Origin: Nitrospinales bacterium
GTDB lineage: Bacteria > Nitrospinota > Nitrospinia > Nitrospinales > JAJDAT01
Assembly (NCBI GenBank): GCA_046757665.1
Contig: JBHHYO010000031.1
Coordinates: 1 to 29,930, forward strand
Direction of reading: 5' to 3'
DNA: 29,930 nt
In this document: one piece after another, positions 26,514-29,930 of the stretch
Numbering within the stretch: position 1 is the first letter of the stretch
How the letters are laid out: every line of letters starts with the position of its first letter
Notes under the pieces: generated by a model
The model's input: only the letters and a program-made list of their open reading frames with translations
What the model was told of the DNA's origin: nothing
The model's database searches: none
Position numbers and translations under genes: made by a program

Positions 26514-27419
26514 TTGAATGGAACAGGCAAACAACAGATTGATCTGGATGATTCCAGGGTAACGGTCAGAAAAAGCAACTGCCTCTTGTGCGGCGCCAAC
26601 CGCCCCGTCCTGTTGTTTCAAGCCAACAACTTGAGAAAAAGGACGAAAAAATTCTTCCCGGTTTCCCGATGCTCAGCCTGCGGTTTTGTCTATTCCGACG
26701 TTGTCCCGGATGACGAATCCTTGTCTCTTTATTATCAAGATAATGAAGAGCATCTGCCGCAGGAAATGAGTTTGCTGGAAAAAGGTTACTACAACCTGTT
26801 TCGCAGGCTTCCGGTACGCAGTGGGAAGGTGCTGGATGTCGGTTGCGGCAATGGCCGGTTTCTTTCCTACATAAGGGACAAGGGCTACGAGGCGGTTGGC
26901 ACGGACCTCTACGGCCTTGAGTACCCCAAAAATATTTTAAAACTGAATGTTCACAAAGGACAACTCTACGACATCGGCTTTGCGCCGGAGTCTTTTGACG
27001 TGGTCTGTTTCTGGGGTTCGCTGGAGCATATACAAGACCCCTTGAGAACTTTGCAAGAAGCTCGCCGGATTTTAAAACAAAACGGCCATGTCGTCGCATG
27101 GACTCTTAACAGGGATTCCTTTGAAGCCCGGATGTTCACGCGATATTGGCACCACATGTATGTTCCCGAACATTTCAGCCAGTTTTCCGACAAGACCCTT
27201 GGAGCCATGATCGAAAAAGCCGGCTTTACGATGATGAACATGCGACACGACATGCTGTCCTTCGGTTTCGTGGGGAGCCTTCAAGGCTGGCTTTATTCAA
27301 GAGGCATCAATATGAAAATCCATTGCATGGCCACCAACCTTCTGGCCTTGCCTTTCGATATTCTGGCTTCCCTGTGCAAAAAAAGCGGACTGATCACGGC
27401 TTATGCACGGAAGAGGTAA
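26514..27419 (+). CDS. Class I SAM-dependent methyltransferase with N-terminal Zn-ribbon
   Basis: CLLC...CSAC, VLDVGCGNG, FDVV....LEHIQDP, PEH..QFS. TTG start uncertain. Confidence 0.88.
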   Translation: MNGTGKQQIDLDDSRVTVRKSNCLLCGANRPVLLFQANNLRKRTKKFFPVSRCSACGFVYSDVVPDDESLSLYYQDNEEHLPQEMSLLEKGYYNLFRRLPVRSGKVLDVGCGNGRFLSYIRDKGYEAVGTDLYGLEYPKNILKLNVHKGQLYDIGFAPESFDVVCFWGSLEHIQDPLRTLQEARRILKQNGHVVAWTLNRDSFEARMFTRYWHHMYVPEHFSQFSDKTLGAMIEKAGFTMMNMRHDMLSFGFVGSLQGWLYSRGINMKIHCMATNLLALPFDILASLCKKSGLITAYARKR

Positions 27420-27458
27420 CGCGCTTTGTTCCAGGAGGCGCCAAACCTCAAGCAGTGG

Positions 27459-27935
27459 TCAGGGCGGTGGTTCAAAGTCTTCGGGTTGGAGGCCGTATTT
27501 GTCGTAGAGGAAGCGCAGTTGCCGCTGGGCGGCGCGGATTTTGCGGTGGACCCGTTTTTCGCCGTACAACTGCCGGGCCTTGAGGGCGGCGCGGATGGCG
27601 GCGCGGCCGTCATGCAGTCGGTCGTGGGCGATGCTCAGGTTGGCGTAGGCGGCGGCGAAATCCGCCTTCAACCGGATGGCCTGCCGGTACGCCTCGATCT
27701 CCTCGCGGTGGCGGCCAAGCCCCATCAGCGCCAGACCCAGCTTGAAATACGCCGCCGCGTCGTCGGGATGCTGTTTGATGATGTCTCTCTGCCGGTCGAT
27801 TTGCTCGTGCAAGGTTCGGCGGTACTTTTCGAATCCGGACTCCGCGGCGGCGGCCGATGCGGCGAACGCAAACAAACCAGACAACAAGACTAAAAATAAA
27901 CAACCGGCGCGTGTCAGACGTTTTTTCATCGCCAT
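27459..27935 (-). CDS. Secreted tetratricopeptide-repeat protein
   Basis: Signal peptide; AYFKLGLALMGLGRHREEIEAYRQAIRLKADFAAAYANL TPR consensus. Confidence 0.85.
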   Translation of the reverse strand: MAMKKRLTRAGCLFLVLLSGLFAFAASAAAAESGFEKYRRTLHEQIDRQRDIIKQHPDDAAAYFKLGLALMGLGRHREEIEAYRQAIRLKADFAAAYANLSIAHDRLHDGRAAIRAALKARQLYGEKRVHRKIRAAQRQLRFLYDKYGLQPEDFEPPP

Positions 27936-27940
27936 AATTT

Positions 27941-29320
27941 TCAGTCCGCCGCGTCGTCCAGGGCGAACCGGGCCGTGAAATGGCGCAGGAACGGCGGTTG
28001 CCGGGTGATCCGGTATCCGGGAACGGCGCGGCGGTTTTTCCAGACGGTTTCCAGAACCTCGATCAGGTAGTCGAAATGGCTCTGGGTATAAACCCGCCGG
28101 GGAAAGGTCAGGCGCGCCAGCTCGAAAGGCGCCGGGGTTTCGCGGCCTGTTGCGGGATCGGTTGTGCCGAACATGACGCTTCCCAGTTCGACGGCGCGCA
28201 CGCCGCCGTCCAGATAAATTTCGTTGACCAGGCTGATGCCGGGATAGGGCCGGATGTGCTCGAGGAACCGTCCCGCCTCCAGAAAAACGGCGTGACCGCC
28301 CACCGGCCGGAGCACGGGCAGGCCCATGTTGATGAGACGCTTGCCGATGTATTCCACCGTGGCGTGGCGGTAAACCTGGTAATCCATTTCCAAAGCTTCC
28401 CGCAAGCCGACGGCGATGGCCTCCAGGTCCCTGCCGGCGAGGCCGCCGTAAGTGGGGAACCCCTCGGTGAGGATCAGCAGGTTGCGGAAATCCTCGGCCC
28501 AGCGGTCGTCGTTGCAGGCGAAAAAACCGCCGATGTTGACGAGGCCGTCCTTCTTGGCGCTCATGACGGCGCCGTCGGCGCAGTCGAAGATGTCGCGGGC
28601 GATATCGGCCAGCGGCCGCCCGGCCTGCCCCGCCTCGCGGATGGAAATGAAATAGGAATTCTCGGCAAAGCGGGCGGCGTCGAGAATCAGGGGAATGCCG
28701 AATTCATGCAACAACTCCCTCGTGGCGCGAAGGTTTTCCAGCGACACCGGCTGGCCGCCGAAGGAATTGTTGGTGATCGTCATCATGGCGAAGGGAATGT
28801 TCTCCGGGCGCTCGCTCTCGATGAGGCGGCGCAGTTTTTCGATATCCATGTTGCCCTTGAAGGGATGATCCAGCGTGATGTCGAGGCTTTGCTCGATGAC
28901 GCAATCCACGGCGCGGGCGCCGGCGTATTCGAAGTTGGCGCGGGTGGTGTCGAAATGGCCGTTGTTGGGGATGACGTCGCCGGGCTTGATCCGGGTTTGC
29001 GCCAGGATGCGCTCGCCCGCCCGACCCTGATGAATGGGGAAGATGTGCTTGAATCCGGTCAGCTCCGCCACCGTGGCGCGGAACCGTTGCCAGGACAGAC
29101 TGCCGGCATAACTCTCGTCGCCCATCATCATCGCCGCCCATTGCTTTTCCGACATGGCGCCGGTGCCGCTGTCCGTCAACAGGTCGATGGTGATCTGCTC
29201 GGCGGTCAGGTTAAAAATATTGAAATGCGCCTGGCGTAGCCACCGTTCCCGCTGTTGCCGGGTGGTGATGGGAATCGGCTCCGTCATTTTGATGCGAAAA
29301 GGCTCGATGATGGTACGCAT
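27941..29320 (-). CDS. tnaA: Tryptophanase (tryptophan indole-lyase, PLP-dependent)
   Basis: EPFRIK, IDLLTDSGT, GDESYAGS, HQGRAGE, HFDTT, MSAKKD (PLP Lys), EGFPTYGGLAGRD, PRRVYT. LRHFTA has His, as in tryptophanase, rather than the Phe of tyrosine phenol-lyase. Confidence 0.9.
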   Translation of the reverse strand: MRTIIEPFRIKMTEPIPITTRQQRERWLRQAHFNIFNLTAEQITIDLLTDSGTGAMSEKQWAAMMMGDESYAGSLSWQRFRATVAELTGFKHIFPIHQGRAGERILAQTRIKPGDVIPNNGHFDTTRANFEYAGARAVDCVIEQSLDITLDHPFKGNMDIEKLRRLIESERPENIPFAMMTITNNSFGGQPVSLENLRATRELLHEFGIPLILDAARFAENSYFISIREAGQAGRPLADIARDIFDCADGAVMSAKKDGLVNIGGFFACNDDRWAEDFRNLLILTEGFPTYGGLAGRDLEAIAVGLREALEMDYQVYRHATVEYIGKRLINMGLPVLRPVGGHAVFLEAGRFLEHIRPYPGISLVNEIYLDGGVRAVELGSVMFGTTDPATGRETPAPFELARLTFPRRVYTQSHFDYLIEVLETVWKNRRAVPGYRITRQPPFLRHFTARFALDDAAD

Positions 29321-29608
29321 AATTTTCCCCCCGCTGGTGATGGTTGGCAAACCCCCACTTTGTCGATCGAGACCGGACCTTTGCCTGAATAGCCGGATTC
29401 TCCCACTTCCCGCCGATCCGATCAACCCCATTGACTTCGCCGCCCGGCGGACGGACTGAAAAGCCTGCCTACCCCTCCAGGCCATGTAACCCGGCAAATC
29501 GACGGGGCTTCCGCCGGCGCATACCTGCACTTTGCGCTATATATAAGGGATAAAAACGGAGACCGGAGACGGGCAAACGCCCGAAGCAGATCAAAGTTGA
29601 TTTTTGAC

Positions 29609-29636
29609 TTGACGAATATCCCGTTCAGATTACAAT
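29609..29636 (+). promoter_or_regulatory. Putative sigma70 promoter for the gene at 29713
   Basis: TTGACG-16 nt-TACAAT. Confidence 0.5.
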
Positions 29637-29712
29637 AATTCGATACAAGTAACCCATTGACTTTAAATCTATTAGGAACCATATTTCTTCTGAGGTTTGA
29701 GGGAGGTGTGTA

Positions 29713-29930
29713 ATGGATCACCCGCTTGAAAAAGAATTTGAATATTTCATAGAACATCACGAGGAGCTTGTGGAAAAATTTAATGGTAAGTTTGTGATTA
29801 TCAAGGATTTGCAAGTTTTAGGCGCTTATGATGATATCGTTCAGGCCATCCAGGAAACTCAAAAACAAAATCATGAAATTGGAACTTTTCTTGTTCAAAA
29901 AGTGAGCCCCGGTGATGAAGCTTATACCAT
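29713..29930 (+). CDS. DUF5678-like small protein, truncated by window end
   Basis: GGAGG RBS; MDHPLEKEFEYFIEHHEELVEKFNGKFVIIKDLQVLGAYDDIVQAIQETQKQNHEIGTFLVQKV; absent from the ORF track because there is no stop in the window. Confidence 0.75.
   Translation, partial: MDHPLEKEFEYFIEHHEELVEKFNGKFVIIKDLQVLGAYDDIVQAIQETQKQNHEIGTFLVQKVSPGDEAYT

Noticed and set aside
18917-29239. Long antisense ORFs over the porin, propeller, pepA, gamma-CA/phosphorylase and tnaA genes
   Set aside because: Each overlaps a well-supported gene on the opposite strand; expected in GC-rich DNA.
29321-29530. N-terminal extension of tnaA or a TnaC-like leader peptide
   Set aside because: Family similarity starts at MRTIIEPFRIK (29320). 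The one short upstream ORF I found (MRRRKPRRFAGLHGLEG) has no Trp.
29533-29560. Possible second ModE box (CGCTATATA..AAAAACG)
   Set aside because: Only one half-site matches well and the flanking genes have no Mo connection.
29571-29600. GGGCAAAC resembling a c-di-GMP-I riboswitch start
   Set aside because: The GAAA-capped P2 stem and the downstream GCAAAGC element are missing.
1-29930. CRISPR arrays, tRNA/rRNA, transposases, integrases
   Set aside because: No regularly spaced repeats, cloverleaf/T-loop signatures or recombinase motifs were seen by eye.

Overview
Bacterial chromosomal window from a Gram-negative organism, roughly 55-65% GC by eye. The overall gene style is reminiscent of Nitrospinota/Nitrospirota, but that is an unverified impression. 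Contents in order: (1) a small basic SH3-like protein followed by a ~200-nt hairpin-dense non-coding tract and a strong terminator; (2) a secreted TPR protein; (3) msrP without msrQ; (4) gdhA plus a dicarboxylate/amino acid symporter; (5) a stand-alone ~1000-aa secreted protein of unknown function with a C-terminal c-type cytochrome domain, strong codon bias and a perfect upstream palindrome; (6) a five-gene operon (2-oxoacid:ferredoxin oxidoreductase gamma-delta/alpha/beta, ADP-forming acyl-CoA synthetase, non-glutamate amino acid dehydrogenase) that reads as a complete amino-acid oxidation and substrate-level phosphorylation pathway; (7) a cupin and a cNMP-binding protein; (8) an OprO/OprP-family porin heading modABC directly behind a clear ModE box; (9) a His-rich Vgb-like propeller; (10) pepA, a CopD-like membrane protein, a GGDEF protein, a gamma-CA-family protein, a 6-oxopurine-type phosphorylase, a SAM methyltransferase, a TPR protein and tryptophanase; (11) the start of a low-GC DUF5678-like gene. 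No rRNA, tRNA, CRISPR array or transposase was seen. Best leads: the giant cytochrome c fusion, the putative molybdate porin, the amino-acid catabolic operon and the structured RNA at 286-515. All family calls come from motif recognition by eye; no database searches were run.
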